A program made the translations under genes and the position numbers. A stretch of 63,572 nt of DNA, filler included, from Platydemus manokwari (taxonomy: Eukaryota), in the NCBI GenBank assembly GCA_037951405.1. It is 5 parts of 5 records of this genome, joined end to end, with 100 filler letters (N's around TTAATTAATTAA, not from the genome) between each part and the next. Parts side by side here need not be neighbours in the genome. Positions count along the whole stretch, not along the records: positions 13,577 to 24,017 come from JBBMOY011133105.1; positions 24,118 to 34,247 come from JBBMOY011165768.1; positions 34,348 to 54,357 come from JBBMOY011655847.1; 2 more parts are not named here. One strand, given 5' to 3'. The first letter of the stretch is position 1. Each line of letters opens with the position of its first letter. The notes beneath the pieces are model-generated. The model searched no databases. It was not told the origin of the DNA and saw only the letters and a list, made by a program, of their open reading frames with translations. Shown here piece by piece: positions 14,290 through 36,245 of this stretch.

Positions 14290-15830
14290 ATAAAATAATC
14301 GTGCAAATAAAGTTAATCGTAGAATCAAATAGGTATGCATTAAATTTAATCATAAACAACATTTACGAGTGACTCATCGTAGCCTATATAAGGCAGCAAT
14401 CACAATTACTTTTAGGCACAATTGTCATTTATTAGAATTTGGCAAATCACGAACAAGACAAGAAGATCATTCTGTTTTAGGAGAACCGGATTTTCACATA
14501 TGCTCAATATTTTACTGGAAAACCACACACAGTAAGATGCATTTGTATAAAATAGAAATCTACCAATCATCTAGATAACTGATTTTGCTCTGCGTTGGGG
14601 AGTTTATTAGCAGTTTCTTAATCCAAGAGTTTTTAATGTCTTTTATAAGGTTTGATGTATATTGTTCCATTAAAACCATTCTGTGATTTTTATTTTATCT
14701 ATTAACTAACTTGTATCATTGTTTTCAAAAATAAGAAATTGTAGTAACAAGCCTTAGTTATTAATTTTTTGAGTTTTGGGGCCTATGAAAATTTTTTTAA
14801 CAGTAATTGCTTACATTAATGTATAATTTTTATTATTTCATGAAAACATTTTAATGAAAATTCAGGGAGATTTTCTGACCGACGGGAATATAAAATATAA
14901 TAATAAAAACTATAATATATAGTTTAAACTCCAATTTATAATCCCTATAATTAATAAGAAACCCGGCATTGATATACTAAAACTAAAAACATTAAAATTA
15001 TCTTATAATAAATTTACACATTAAAACAAAACACATAGCGAATTTATCTGTGAAAAAATGAAGCGCAACAAGTTATCGCGCACTGCGAATAAAATATTCA
15101 GCTGAAATAAAATAAAACCCATCCATTGAATAAAATAATAGTCATGCATTAAATAAAATAAATTACAGTGCATTAAATTTCAAAGAATTTCTCACTACCT
15201 TAGTGAACTTAATTTCAGAGAATTTCTCTTTGCCACTATAAATCATAGTGCATTAAACATACATGCACTTCATTAAATTAAATTCACTGCTGCCTATATA
15301 AAGCAATAATCGCAATTATTAAAAGACAAGGACGCAGAACACTAGAACACGATAGGCAGATTTTTACAAGGACCCGAACGTAACGTAAACGACTCATTAC
15401 CGGGACAGGGATTAGGATATGCCCAGTATTTTCTACTGGAAGAACAAACAGTAAGATAATACATTTAAAATCATATATTCAATTATATATAACGCATTTC
15501 TTCCTATTTATCGAACCGATCTAGGAAAAGCTCTGAAGAAATGGACACTGACCCAATATCACGAGAGTAACTGTTGGTCCTCGATCTACTTCCCTGAATT
15601 GTATATAAATCCCGTCATTTAAGTGTATGAAAGTAGTTGTATAAAATCATTGTATATCGTGGTAATTTATATTCATTGTTAATAATTGCGTATAATTGTC
15701 ATATAAGTAGTAATTTATAGCCTTAATTGTATAAAAGTAGTAATTCATAATTTGGTGTATAATTGTAATCGTTGTAATATAAACATTGAGTTGATTTTTG
15801 AACTGCCAGTTGGGATAGGCTATCATAATT
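14290..15830 (+). repeat. Two diverged direct LTR/pseudo-LTR-like units with TATA box and short intron
   Basis: Shared blocks: tgcattaaatt; gcctatataa (14382 and 15292); tttactggaaaaccacacacaGTAAGAT vs tctactggaagaacaaacaGTAAGAT (donors 14532 and 15451); atctAG acceptors (14574 and 15524); AATAAA at 15778. Confidence 0.5.
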
Positions 15831-18358
15831 TAATTATACATAAATTTCATTATCATTCATTATCTTTTAAAGTTATTCTCGTGCATTATTAAATGAGACT
15901 GATAGTAAAAATCAATAACATAAAAATTCAATACCATAAATAGGGCAATAATAGAGGTAATTACCAAAATAAAATTGATTTGTACGCCGATCCACTTATC
16001 ATCATATTAGTCGAGATAGTCGAGGCTAAGCAACATCAACATATATGGGTCATATTACTACCTGAAGGTCAAGACGGACTCAGAGTACTGATAAGACGTA
16101 GATTTCGATCAAATAAAAAGAATAATAATAAAGAATAAAAAGAGAATGGCCAAAAACGTATCAGATTAAATGATGATCGGATATCATTGTTCGTTATCAT
16201 TGGTATTAATAATTTTAGGAATTAAGATAAGTAACATAAACTGAGAATGATAGTTAAGAGCAATAACTATTGACACACTTACTATACTCATACAATAAAG
16301 TTGAGGGAGATAGAGATAATAATAATCATAATGTTAATTACACCCGTGGATACAAACAAGAACTCATTGAGAACGGTTAAGACAATAGTGGCATCAAATA
16401 GAAATAAGATTGATAAAACAATGAAATCAATAAGGCCTGAACTATATCCATATATTGGAAAATAATGCATAATAGGAAGTAAGATTTATTATATCAAATA
16501 ATAGATTTTTGTTGGTTTGGAGGTTCGACCAGTCACGAAAAAGTGGTTTGCATGACAAACCTCCTCCTTGACCTATTTTTCCTTCATAGTTGGGCTACAT
16601 TTGCTTCTGACATTAGACACGACAACTGCGACACAAAAATTTATCAAGTTATAAAATTATTTATCTTATCATTTTAATTATTTAAAAAAGAGTCAAATAT
16701 AGGTTAAACTTTAAGACAATCATAAAATTTTTCACAAATCTCTTTTGTTGGACTATGTTTTATGGACTTGTTTTTCACATGACACTGGCACAATAATGAT
16801 TGAGCTAGTTGAATCATTGAAAACATGACTTAGAGAACATTTTAATAAACATTATATTAATTGTAAATTAATTTTCACAGTAGTTTCCACCCAGAAGATT
16901 CCCTTGGTACCAGGTTTCAAATATTCCTATTTCCTATTTTTTATCGATTTAAAAATAAATTCCAGTTCATTTCATTCAAGTCTCGTTTATAGAATACATC
17001 CGCAAAGAATTTTACACTTCCAGGTCAGATTGTTCAAATCAAGTATCAAAACTTTTAGCATTTGAATTCCATAAAAAATTCAAATTCTGTTGTCATTTTG
17101 ATAAAAGATGTCTGTTTGATCTGCGGTCATACTTTTCAAATAAATAGAAAACCAAAATCACATAACTTCCTTCTTTTTTTATTATATATAATCGGTATTC
17201 AGTGAGTAGGCGACACAGCTAGTAGTGTTGTATCTAGAGAATATAGAATATTTATCTGTATTTTATACTCCATTAAAAAACGATATTACTAAAATCTTTG
17301 CAAATATAGGAAGAAGTTGTAAAGATTTATTATATCACAAAAATGTCTCATTCTTAACTAACAGTCAGAGGGAAATAATTTTTTATTGTACAATTCATTT
17401 TGTTTAGGTCAAATCCGAATTACACTGAAACTCATTGGTTCGCTGTGAACACACTTCAAAATCATCAATCTCAGTTTTGCAGTCATCACGTAGTTCATGC
17501 AAATTTGAGCTAAAATAATAACAAAACCCATCTTCTGGCGAATTTTCTCTGATCTAAAAATTAAATCTAAAATTATGATTAATTCTGTAGCCTATCGATG
17601 ATATTTAACACATGGTTTTCTTCATGACAAGGTGAACGTTTAAACAAAGACAGGTGATATTGTGTTCATTTATTTAATTTTATATCTATTCATGTTATAT
17701 TAATATATTACAAATAAATTTCGACCAAGTTCATCGGTTACTCAATTTTACACAATTTTACACAATCTAGTAGCATTTTCGAAAACTTTAGTGAATCCTG
17801 TTATGTACCTAATGATATAGAGGATGCTCGACTTAATGACATTGATAATTGGATACGGTCCTGACAATGCCATTGTAGCTGCTATTTGCATAAAGGAAAC
17901 TATTGATAATATTTAGACAATGTTAGGAGAGGTCAGGAAATAAAGAGATATTTATTTGTAATCTTTTAGGTAGACCAACAGTAATTGTGTGAATTTTGCC
18001 AAATATTTTAGAACTAAATCATCCAATATAGAGTCTGTTTCAAATTATCAAGTTATGAAGAAGCTTAAGTTGTTTGGTAACTATACTCCACTTCCAGGCA
18101 ACTAGAATTATTCAGATCTAGATTCTCAAGACCCCAAAAATTGTAGTTGAAAGGTTAAGGTGTGGATCAAGATAACTTAGAATCTCTTTTTGATTCACAA
18201 TACAGGTGAAACTATTCACAGAAGATGTCGAACTTTGGTCGAGATATCGATGTATGAAGACATGTATAAAGCCCAATATAATGATAATTTTTCTGACCTT
18301 TCCCGCTTTATTGAGTTGAATATTGAGGGAAAAAAGTTGATAATTTATTTTACACAAT

Positions 18359-18781
18359 TGTTGGGTATATCACAAATAAGTCAAAAAGGTCCCAAGAACC
18401 AAGGAAAAACCTAAAAAGGGTCAATATACACAAATCCGATAAACACACGTTCCGTTAACCAATCAGACCTGTTCTAATGTTAATCCATATTTAGAAACTA
18501 AGAACTGACAGGCACATGCCTACAAACGGAAGCAAGCTCAAATATCTGCCAATGACATAAGAGATATAAGGAAAAACTGAAGTAAATCAATCTACATATA
18601 AATTTAGCGAATTTAAATTGAAGATCCACGACATCAAGGTCTATAAAAGAAGCTGAATTCTATAGATTTTTACCAGTCTTTTTGGTCGGTAACTTTTGTG
18701 CTTAGCTTATATGTGGTTTCAGTAATCAGTCTTTTTGATTACTCTTTATTCTGTGTTTAACTAACGGGTGTTGATCCCATC
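18359..18781 (+). repeat. Solo-LTR-like dispersed repeat, family B (copy 1)
   Basis: Begins TGTTGGG and has an internal tataaaag. Extended similarity to the reverse complement of 60991-61500 (e.g. ttaatccatatttagaa, gtgcttagcttat, agtaatcagtctttttgattactctt). Confidence 0.7.
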
Positions 18782-20904
18782 TTGAGTGATATTCTTTGTG
18801 AATTGCGTAAAAAATTGTTATTGTTATTATTGTGATTTCGAGTGTATTATTTTGGTTAATATAGCTTTGTAGATTCAAATTGTTGATTAATAGCCCAGCA
18901 CAATGCACTCTAGAATACTGTTTTCGAATTTCATAAACGTGTAAAAATGTTTGCCATTGTCTGGCTGGATAGCGAAGCGTGTTTCTGAATATTCCACCTG
19001 ATGTTATTTTTTTCAATATTAGGTAGATATGTGAATGATATCTTTATTGATACCATTAAAGATATCCACTGTAAATGAGTCTACTTATTACGGATTTTTA
19101 AACACAGTCACAATGGCGATCCCAATTAGTTTGGGTTATATGAGATTTTCTGTTTCATAAAAATTTCCTATTCGATATCTTAACTCTTAACTCAACATCA
19201 AAATAGAATATCTCCAGACCTATTTGGGTACTGACATGAAATCACACTACCATCTTAGAGTATTGTGAGCGTTTGCTTGATTTTAAAGTACTCTTATTAC
19301 AGATATTTTTTAAATTTTGTTTCGTCATTAATACATTCGTTTTAATTTCATCAATAAGTCACTTCGTCTAAATCATATATTTATATTAACCTAATATTTT
19401 ATATTTATTTTGTTAGATATTCGAACTTTATTAATGATTTAAAATTTACCAGATTTTTGTATTACCTAATTTAATACGGCTAAAATCTTTGCTTATTTAT
19501 AGTTAGTAACTAGGCATGCTTATATAAAACAGTTTTGAGCCAATTATGATTTCTAGTGATTTGATTAGTCAGAATTTTTCACTATATTAGGTCAAACTTC
19601 ATATTATTGATTCCAAGAAATTTCTAACATAAAAATTAATTCAAAACAACGAACAATCCCTTGCTAGTTAATCATATTCACTGCAAGTAATCGACACAAT
19701 TTAAATAAGCAAAAACGTCATTTACATTAGATTATTGTTACGTTACTACTTATACTAATTTTCACAACTAGCAACCAAACACAAATGACATTGTTCATAT
19801 TAGAACGTGAGTGGTTTATAAATATTTGTGAACAATTATACAATTCTAATGTTTAACTTTGTCTAATTACAGCCACAAGTCTTTACACAACTAGCTCAAC
19901 ATTTCTTCTTTAATATGCCTTGATTAATCTTCTTTTCATTTTAACAAAATGATATCTTATCACATGACTCATACTAGTAGTTATATATGACCTCCTTTGA
20001 ATTTTTCTGATGTTTTTTAGATTTTTTTACATTTTGATAAGTCTGATAAATTTTCTTACAACATAATTATACTTGATCCGTTCAATTGACGGAAGTTAAT
20101 ATTTATAAATATTAGTAATGATTTTAAACAACATTCATAATTTCATAACTTATTAAGAAAATTATTTTTAATTCAAACTCATAGAAAAATTCAAAATTTG
20201 AATATTAGAATTAGATTTTGTTTTACAAAAAATGTCAACTAAATCTCCAATCTCTAATTTAATTTTAAATTGAAGTTCCCGATCACATTTGAAAGTAAAT
20301 TTTAAAATAATTCGTAATTTATTCAATGTAAAAAAACTATGATATTCTGATAGGGTGATGTACTTATTTTTGTGTAGCAGTGAAATTTTTTGTTGTGATT
20401 CTTTTGATGTATTTGTAATTATTACTATAAACTATGAGATTATAAAAAATAACTTATATTTTATGATGAATAAATAAAATTCTGGACTACTCAGGAAGTT
20501 CACAGTTAAAATTATAATTGGATTATCTATTTCACAAACTTAAACATCAAATAACGCGAGATTTCCTAACTGAAAACACAAATGGATCTTCAAATAATAG
20601 ATTAAACTAGATACTTCATCTATTATGTATTAATTGATCATCCATAACCATTATAAAATTCAACAATGAGATAAATAATATTGTAAGAAAATGAATGATG
20701 TTTTGCTATTTAATTCTTATTTATAAGGTTATCTATTTATCTATCATAGTATGAATAATTATAATTCATCAGTCATGTCGTTTAAATCTGTCTATCAATA
20801 ATGTTCATTGATAAATAATAAGGATATTTTTAGACAAAAATATTACATATTTACTTTTTTGATTTAAGCTAACAACAAAGACAATTAAAGTAATTTCCTG
20901 ACAA

Positions 20905-22770
20905 ATGGAATGCAATTTCCAATCGATTCAATTATTATTACTAGAAGGTTCATCGAATTTTTGTTACAGTGGTTTGAAAATCATTCTGTTCCATTTCCTT
21001 TATTCAGTTCTCAATTGGAATGTTTACTTATCCATTTTCTATTATCATTTCTGTTTGTTTGTACATTCGTTGACAATGGTTATGTTTTATGGTCAGTTTA
21101 ATGGTCAATTGTTAAAGGTTTCATTGATAGAACTCCTATTATCAATATCAATCGTTGTATTTATTATTGAATTCGTTCTTTTGTATTATAATTGTTTCCG
21201 GATTTTTATTTATCTGATTTTATTGGCTTTCATGATTTGTGGTGGTTTGAGATGTGTTTCTCTTGTCAGATACGCGAATGAGTCTGTAAGCAATAAGAAA
21301 ATATTCCGATTCTCTCGTCACTTGTTAAGAAATGAAATGTTAGACAAATTATTTTGTCTTTTAGGATATAGTATCATTTGTGGAGTGTATTTTAGTTGTA
21401 AATATCCACCAAATATCTGCGCTATGATTGAAATGATAATTTTTTCTGTTGTGCTATTTGTTGCTTTTATCCTTTTCAAGATTATTCGATTGTTTTTGAT
21501 AACAAAAGTGGGAATAGAGAGAGTAATTATCGATAATTCAATATTCGAAAGAGATAAAGTCTTTTCCTTTTACAATAAGTTGATAAGGATATCTCTTGTT
21601 CCAACAGTAATCTTAATTTTATGTTATGATCAACAATTATCTAATTGGATCTATGAAGGATATCAAATGGAATATTATATCACAAATATAATAATAATCA
21701 ATCCCGAAATATTACCAATTATTTATCCAGCTTTATGCATGATTTTATTATCGATATTTTATTCATCGACAAACATATCTACTATTAATAGATTCAAGTA
21801 TCTTATTGGCATTATAACTGGTTACAGTTTGACAATATTCGCATTTGTTTATTGTTGGATTCTTAATTCGAGGTTGGTAAATACAGACAAGTCGAGAGAA
21901 ATTGTAGTCCTCAATATTTTACCCGATTGTATCACTAATATTGGCTTCTCGTTGACGTTTAATGTTTCTTTTGGAGGAATTACGGTTTTACAAATAAAAA
22001 ATACATCGGATACAATCTTAAATTTCAAAATTCACGGTGACAAGTGCCCATTCGCCATCAGTAAGAAATATCGATTATCAGAACAATTGCAGAAAATTTT
22101 GTTGATAAACTATTTGGATACCGGTCAAGAATCAGGTCCAAAATTGTTCTGTAAAAATATATACCGAAAGGTGGATAGTCAGCATTCTCTTGTAAGATTC
22201 GCTGGGATAATCCATGAGAACATAATTTTTAAAACATCGAACAATGAAACAATAACTGTTGACTGTGATAATGAATCTGGATTCATAAAATCTTATGTGA
22301 AAATTAAGCCGGACAATTATTCATTGTGGAATGCTAACGGAAATTACTTAAAAAACGTAAAAATTAAAATAAGATCTATAAATACCATTGTTATTTGGCA
22401 TTTGAATCATGAAGAATATTTCGTGAGAAATATTGTTGAACATGAACGACGATCTATTTCCATTCTAAATCAAATTCCTCAGCATGTGCTCTTGACTTTT
22501 GGAGAGGTTATTATGACTATAACCGTTATGGGAATCATAGATAAACAATTGAAGGAAATGCAAATTGGTTTATTAGAACTGTTCTATGCGATTTGTTCGA
22601 CATTTGGCAATCTTTTTCTTGCTATAGTTTCTTTTGTTTTATTTTTCATCGATCAAATAAATTTTAACTACCAATTGATGTTTATTATTGGATTATGCAT
22701 CTCCCTCATTTATCAACTTGTTGTTTTCTTTCGTTATCGAGGAATTGGATTAAATATTAATTCAGAATGA
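20905..22770 (+). CDS. Intronless 621-aa multi-pass membrane protein of unknown family
   Basis: An 1866-nt stop-free ORF in very AT-rich DNA. About 8-10 hydrophobic segments in aa 1-320, a soluble beta-rich region (aa ~325-520), 2-3 C-terminal hydrophobic segments, and AATAAA directly after the stop (22771). Confidence 0.8.
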   Translation: MECNFQSIQLLLLEGSSNFCYSGLKIILFHFLYSVLNWNVYLSIFYYHFCLFVHSLTMVMFYGQFNGQLLKVSLIELLLSISIVVFIIEFVLLYYNCFRIFIYLILLAFMICGGLRCVSLVRYANESVSNKKIFRFSRHLLRNEMLDKLFCLLGYSIICGVYFSCKYPPNICAMIEMIIFSVVLFVAFILFKIIRLFLITKVGIERVIIDNSIFERDKVFSFYNKLIRISLVPTVILILCYDQQLSNWIYEGYQMEYYITNIIIINPEILPIIYPALCMILLSIFYSSTNISTINRFKYLIGIITGYSLTIFAFVYCWILNSRLVNTDKSREIVVLNILPDCITNIGFSLTFNVSFGGITVLQIKNTSDTILNFKIHGDKCPFAISKKYRLSEQLQKILLINYLDTGQESGPKLFCKNIYRKVDSQHSLVRFAGIIHENIIFKTSNNETITVDCDNESGFIKSYVKIKPDNYSLWNANGNYLKNVKIKIRSINTIVIWHLNHEEYFVRNIVEHERRSISILNQIPQHVLLTFGEVIMTITVMGIIDKQLKEMQIGLLELFYAICSTFGNLFLAIVSFVLFFIDQINFNYQLMFIIGLCISLIYQLVVFFRYRGIGLNINSE

Positions 22771-23902
22771 AATAAATTTATTATATGACCTTTATATGAA
22801 TAAATATTAGTTGTAGACTTCAGTTTAATACGAATATTTGTATTAATACTTTTGATAGAATAAACTTATGCGAAATTTTAAAAGTCTAAACAAAGTCAGT
22901 ACAAGACATCAGGAAACATCTATAGTATTCTACCTCCTTACCTGGACAGTAATGATAGGGTTATGTTTGGTTAGTTTGGAAATAAGAAGTAAACTATAAA
23001 ACAGTAATAAAGTATTGATGACACCATATTATAATATAGTATGGAGTGCTGCTAATGGTAACTATATGAATGATAACTTTCACCAAATATCTAAATCTAT
23101 AGATTATTTGATTGTGTGTAGCATATAAATATGAATATGATTAATATGGTTATAAAAGCAAATCGTTTTTTACAATCAATTAATACAACTACAGCAATAA
23201 TATCGAATGTGCCATGCGTTAGTTGAAATATAGGATGCTAAGATATATCGATGCCATAGTTAAAAATATGTCATTCTTTTCCTTTGTTTTCAATCATTAA
23301 TTATCAGATTTTCATTTTTCTTTATCTTGGATTTCCAATCTTAATCAAGCAATATGAACATGCATTACAAGCACTTGTCGAGAGCATATCAGCATTTATA
23401 TGATTAATATCCTCCATAAAAATCATTTTTATATCAAAACTCCTTAGATCATTCAATCACATTTGAAAATGCGATGTTCTTTTTGTTCTTAACCTAAACA
23501 TAATGACTCATATACTTTATGTCAATCTTTTCCTTGGCAAATAACGGTTAGAATGATATATTAGCAATGATATCTTGCTAATATTTGCTCATTAGATAGA
23601 ATCAGTATTCAATTATAACAGCGTGTCCTTGGTCGATTTTTTTGGATAGAATTCTCTATTTTTTGTCTATACTTGCTAACTTGCTTACTTGATACCTAGT
23701 ACAAGGTCTTTTCCCTTTCATGGAATCGCTTATTGCATATTCCGTTCTAGATTAGTATTTTAAATATATGTGGATTTCCAACTTTTCCCATATTTCTGTT
23801 AGGATCCGAACCCACAGTGAATCACACAACGATAAAATAACATGATACGCCCACAAACATAACCACATAATTAAAAATCCAAAAAATAAATGAAAATCCT
23901 AT

Positions 23903-24012
23903 AAATAGAATGGAAATTAAAAATAGAATTTAATAATTAAATAAATAGAATAGAAACTAAAAATAGAATTTATTAATTACAAAAATAGAACAGAAAACAA
24001 AAATAGGATTTT
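23903..24012 (+). repeat. 40-bp minisatellite, about 2.7 copies, running into the gap
   Basis: Unit aaatagaa(t/c)(g/a)gaaa..aaaaatagaattta.taatta.a. repeated. Confidence 0.75.
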
Positions 24013-24017
24013 AAAAT

Positions 24018-24117
24018 NNNNNNNNNNNNNNNNNNNNNNNNNNNNNNNNNNNNNNNNNNNNTTAATTAATTAANNNNNNNNNNNNNNNNNNNNNNNNNNN
24101 NNNNNNNNNNNNNNNNN
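24018..24117. other. Artificial contig joiner
   Basis: 44N + TTAATTAATTAA (24062-24073) + 44N. Confidence 0.95.
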
Positions 24118-24194
24118 TAATGACGTGTTTAAATGCACTTCTAATATATATATAAAACAATAAAATTTAAAGTAATAACATATTATTGATAGTA

Positions 24195-32854
<8,660 letters not shown>

Positions 32855-34247
32855 AAATACTGGAGACTCGATTTTTATATACTATATATGTGTAAACCTA
32901 TTCTGGACATTCTCTCTGCACTACGTATTCAGGTGTCCCATATTAGAATTGAATAAGCACTTTTCTACGATTATTATTATTATTATTATTAATATTATTA
33001 TTATTACTACTAACTACTATCAATGACTTTTGTAATTTTAGTGATTTTATCAGAACATGTCCTATTTCAGTCTTATTATGTGTAGAATCATTATGTTTTC
33101 CTTGTATTGAATTTATTACAATTATGAATTAATCATTTTTCAATTGTCTATGTCAGAAATATATATAGAAACCTTTTGATTTCTATTGTATTCAATTGTT
33201 ACACGAATATTAATTTTCTGGTTTTAAAATGTCAAAGTGTAAATGAATTTTTTAGAGTTACATATTGATATATATATATATTTTATGTCTTTTCTGCAAT
33301 CTTAACATTTATAGGACTTTACATTTTGATCTAGGATGATTTAATGATTTAATGAAGATTGATTGATATTTCTACTCAAATGATGACTTTTAGAGTAGTG
33401 GTTTAATGAGAATTAGTGTTAGCCTTTATTGTGGACGTATTATGATTCAATTGAGTGTTGATGCTATGTGTTGTAGTTTTATTAATTTAAATAAATAACT
33501 AACTGGGTGGATGTTTTTTTTCTCGATTCGTTTTTACATTTTACTTATTACCATTAGATGTGTATCAAAAATTTGAGTTTGATTTTGATATGATCCATAT
33601 ACCATTTCATGGAAATGCAATAGTCGATTTGATATTGTTTCAATTCAGGATATCGGGTTTCACTTAATTGGTGTATTTGATTTAGTTCAGGTTTAATAGA
33701 AATAAAATATAACTACTCTTATTCAGAGAACTGGTACATTAAATAACCCTGACCAGCATGATGAAAAATTATTTAAAATCGTTACGTCTCCCTTCCAAGT
33801 GTTTACCAGTCACTTAATAATTGAGAAATATTCGATATTATCCTTAACCATTAATTATGAATAGTGATATATGAGATATAATGATTGAGTTCATTTTGAT
33901 GGAAATAGAAATGAACTTGATTCACTTCAACCTTTAATCAGTATTGAATAAGAATTACAATGTTGATTATCAATGATAATGTTAACACGACAGGAATCGT
34001 ATGTATTTCAATTTATTGTTTTGAAGTATATTTTCACACAGTCATTTACAGAATAAACACAATTCGTCATTCCAAAACTCATTGATGAACTTTGTTTTAG
34101 AAATATAGATGATTGTAATTAATTTTTGAAATCAGTAATCGTTTTATGATGATCTATTGCCAATAGATAAACGAAAAGAAATGATTATGCCTATAGATAT
34201 TATTATATTAATCAAAACATTCAGTTTAATTTTATAAGTAATTTTTG

Positions 34248-34347
34248 NNNNNNNNNNNNNNNNNNNNNNNNNNNNNNNNNNNNNNNNNNNNTTAATTAAT
34301 TAANNNNNNNNNNNNNNNNNNNNNNNNNNNNNNNNNNNNNNNNNNNN
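34248..34347. other. Artificial contig joiner
   Basis: 44N + TTAATTAATTAA (34292-34303) + 44N. Confidence 0.95.
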
Positions 34348-36245
34348 TTCGGTCACTCCATTGAGTCTTCGATAATCCACACACATCCGGATCGATCCGT
34401 CCTTTTTTCCTACGATGACCAGTGATGAATTCTAAGCACTCTTGCATTGTCTTTTTACTCCTATTTCGATCAGGTTTTTCATCATGTCTTCAATTTTTGC
34501 TTCTAAGTGCATGGCTACAACCTGGGATTCTGCGAAATAGGATTTCCGGTAATTATAATATCGTGAACAAATAAGGTGGTTCTGCCTAGAGCTAATTTCG
34601 AAGCCATGAATATATTTCCGTATTCTTCGATCAGTGTTCCAATTCTTCCCGTGTTCCCAGTTTTTATCGTTTAGATTGCGTGTTTCGATCTTTCCTCGTC
34701 TGTATATTTGTCTTTAAATTGTGATGAATCGATTGTGACTATCTCTTTCAGCTGAATCCCGAATGCATTCATCGTGTCAACACCTCCAATTAAATCGGGA
34801 CAAATTCCTTTGCTATCACAACCCTAATTTTTCTTTTCTTTCCTTTCCACTCGGCAATGACATCTGAATAACCCAGAGGGCGTTCGGCACCCGTTGAAAA
34901 CATTCCACTAAGCGTAATCAAACTATCCTGCAATTTTTGGCTTCCCACCTTCTTCCAATAGTTCTCGGTCATCGCTGTGATAGATGTTCCCGAATCCCAA
35001 TACATTTCGACTTCAGCTCCGTTGATCAACACTTTACTCCATACCCTAGCATCGTCCTTCTTAAACATCTCTTCACGTCTGGTTCCACTTCGAATTTTCT
35101 TGTTATCTATTGATTCAACCCCATCGACGAAATGCAGCGACGGAGTTGTTGTCTATTTTTTGATCTTCTATCTCCTGCATTACTGGGTTTTCAATTGGCT
35201 CAAATTGCTCCTTGATTTCGTCTTGAATACATAAAATTCTACCTTCTACTCTATATCAAGTACCTCGTATTAGATGACATGATCTGAAATGATAGTCTTT
35301 TTGTTCGCATATTAAACATTTGTGTCTTAAGGGGCACTGGCTTCTGTAGTGTCAGCTTTCTCCACAGCAGACGCAATTGTCTCCACGCAATCATTCTCCT
35401 TTTGGATCTGGTATGCATCGACACTTATTGTAAAGTTTCTTGGCCATGTATTTCATCGAATACACTGTCTCTCTCTACCTGAAGCAAACTTCTGCTCTAA
35501 AGCTATTGGCTCGGGGTTCCGTGTTCTGATAGCATGATGTGGCTTATAATTACTAGACTAGTTGCCTTCCTTTTTGTACTGGTTATTCCACAGGTTGCTA
35601 TATCCAGTTTTTAGCTCTTGAACATAGCTGTCTCTACGAATTGTATTGACTGCTTGAGAATCTCGCTGTACCCTTTGTTCTCGATTCTCGAACATCTTTG
35701 CAGCACTTCTAACTTCTATGATAGACATGTCTGGTATCAGGGCAAGAGCGTCTTTTAATCCATTCGATCCTGTTCTCTTGCTGATAATATCTTTCACTAT
35801 GGAATCTTGATTCAATCCGAAATTCATCACAGCCTCGACCAATCTGTGAACTCTTATCTCGAAGGTGGCAAACCGTTCTCTCTCAGATTGTTGAACACTT
35901 GCAAGTTCGAAAATCATATCCATTATCAATTTTTTGATTGTAAATGTATCTTCAAACCACGATTTAGCTGATTCTTCTGTGGTATTTTCCGATTTATATT
36001 TTTTCTAAAAAATGCCTGCTTCGTCCGTAAGTAGTAAGTCGAATGCGCTAATCAGGCTGAGATTATTAATTAATAACCATTACTCGGTATTTTGCATGCA
36101 CTTTGCGGCCTCGTTTGAATTCCTGACATCGAATTTTCGTATATTGAAATTGAGCGCTTCTTGAGCTTGTTTCGGCAACCTCTCTGATAACTGTTTCCTC
36201 TGCTGGTTCCTTGTTATTGCGTTGATTTGTATGGAGTGGTCACCA
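34348..36245 (-). mobile_element. Decayed Ty3/Gypsy LTR retrotransposon (gag, protease, start of RT), cut by the gap
   Basis: PBS-like TGGTGACC at 36245. Gag fragment at 35558-35929. Two CCHC knuckles, 'CVCCGES*HYRSQCP' and 'CLICEQKDYHFRSC' (35275-35375). Protease 'MYWDSGTSIT' (~35000). RT motif 'NSSLVIVGKKDGSIRMCVDYRRLN' (34350-34435). Confidence 0.92.
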
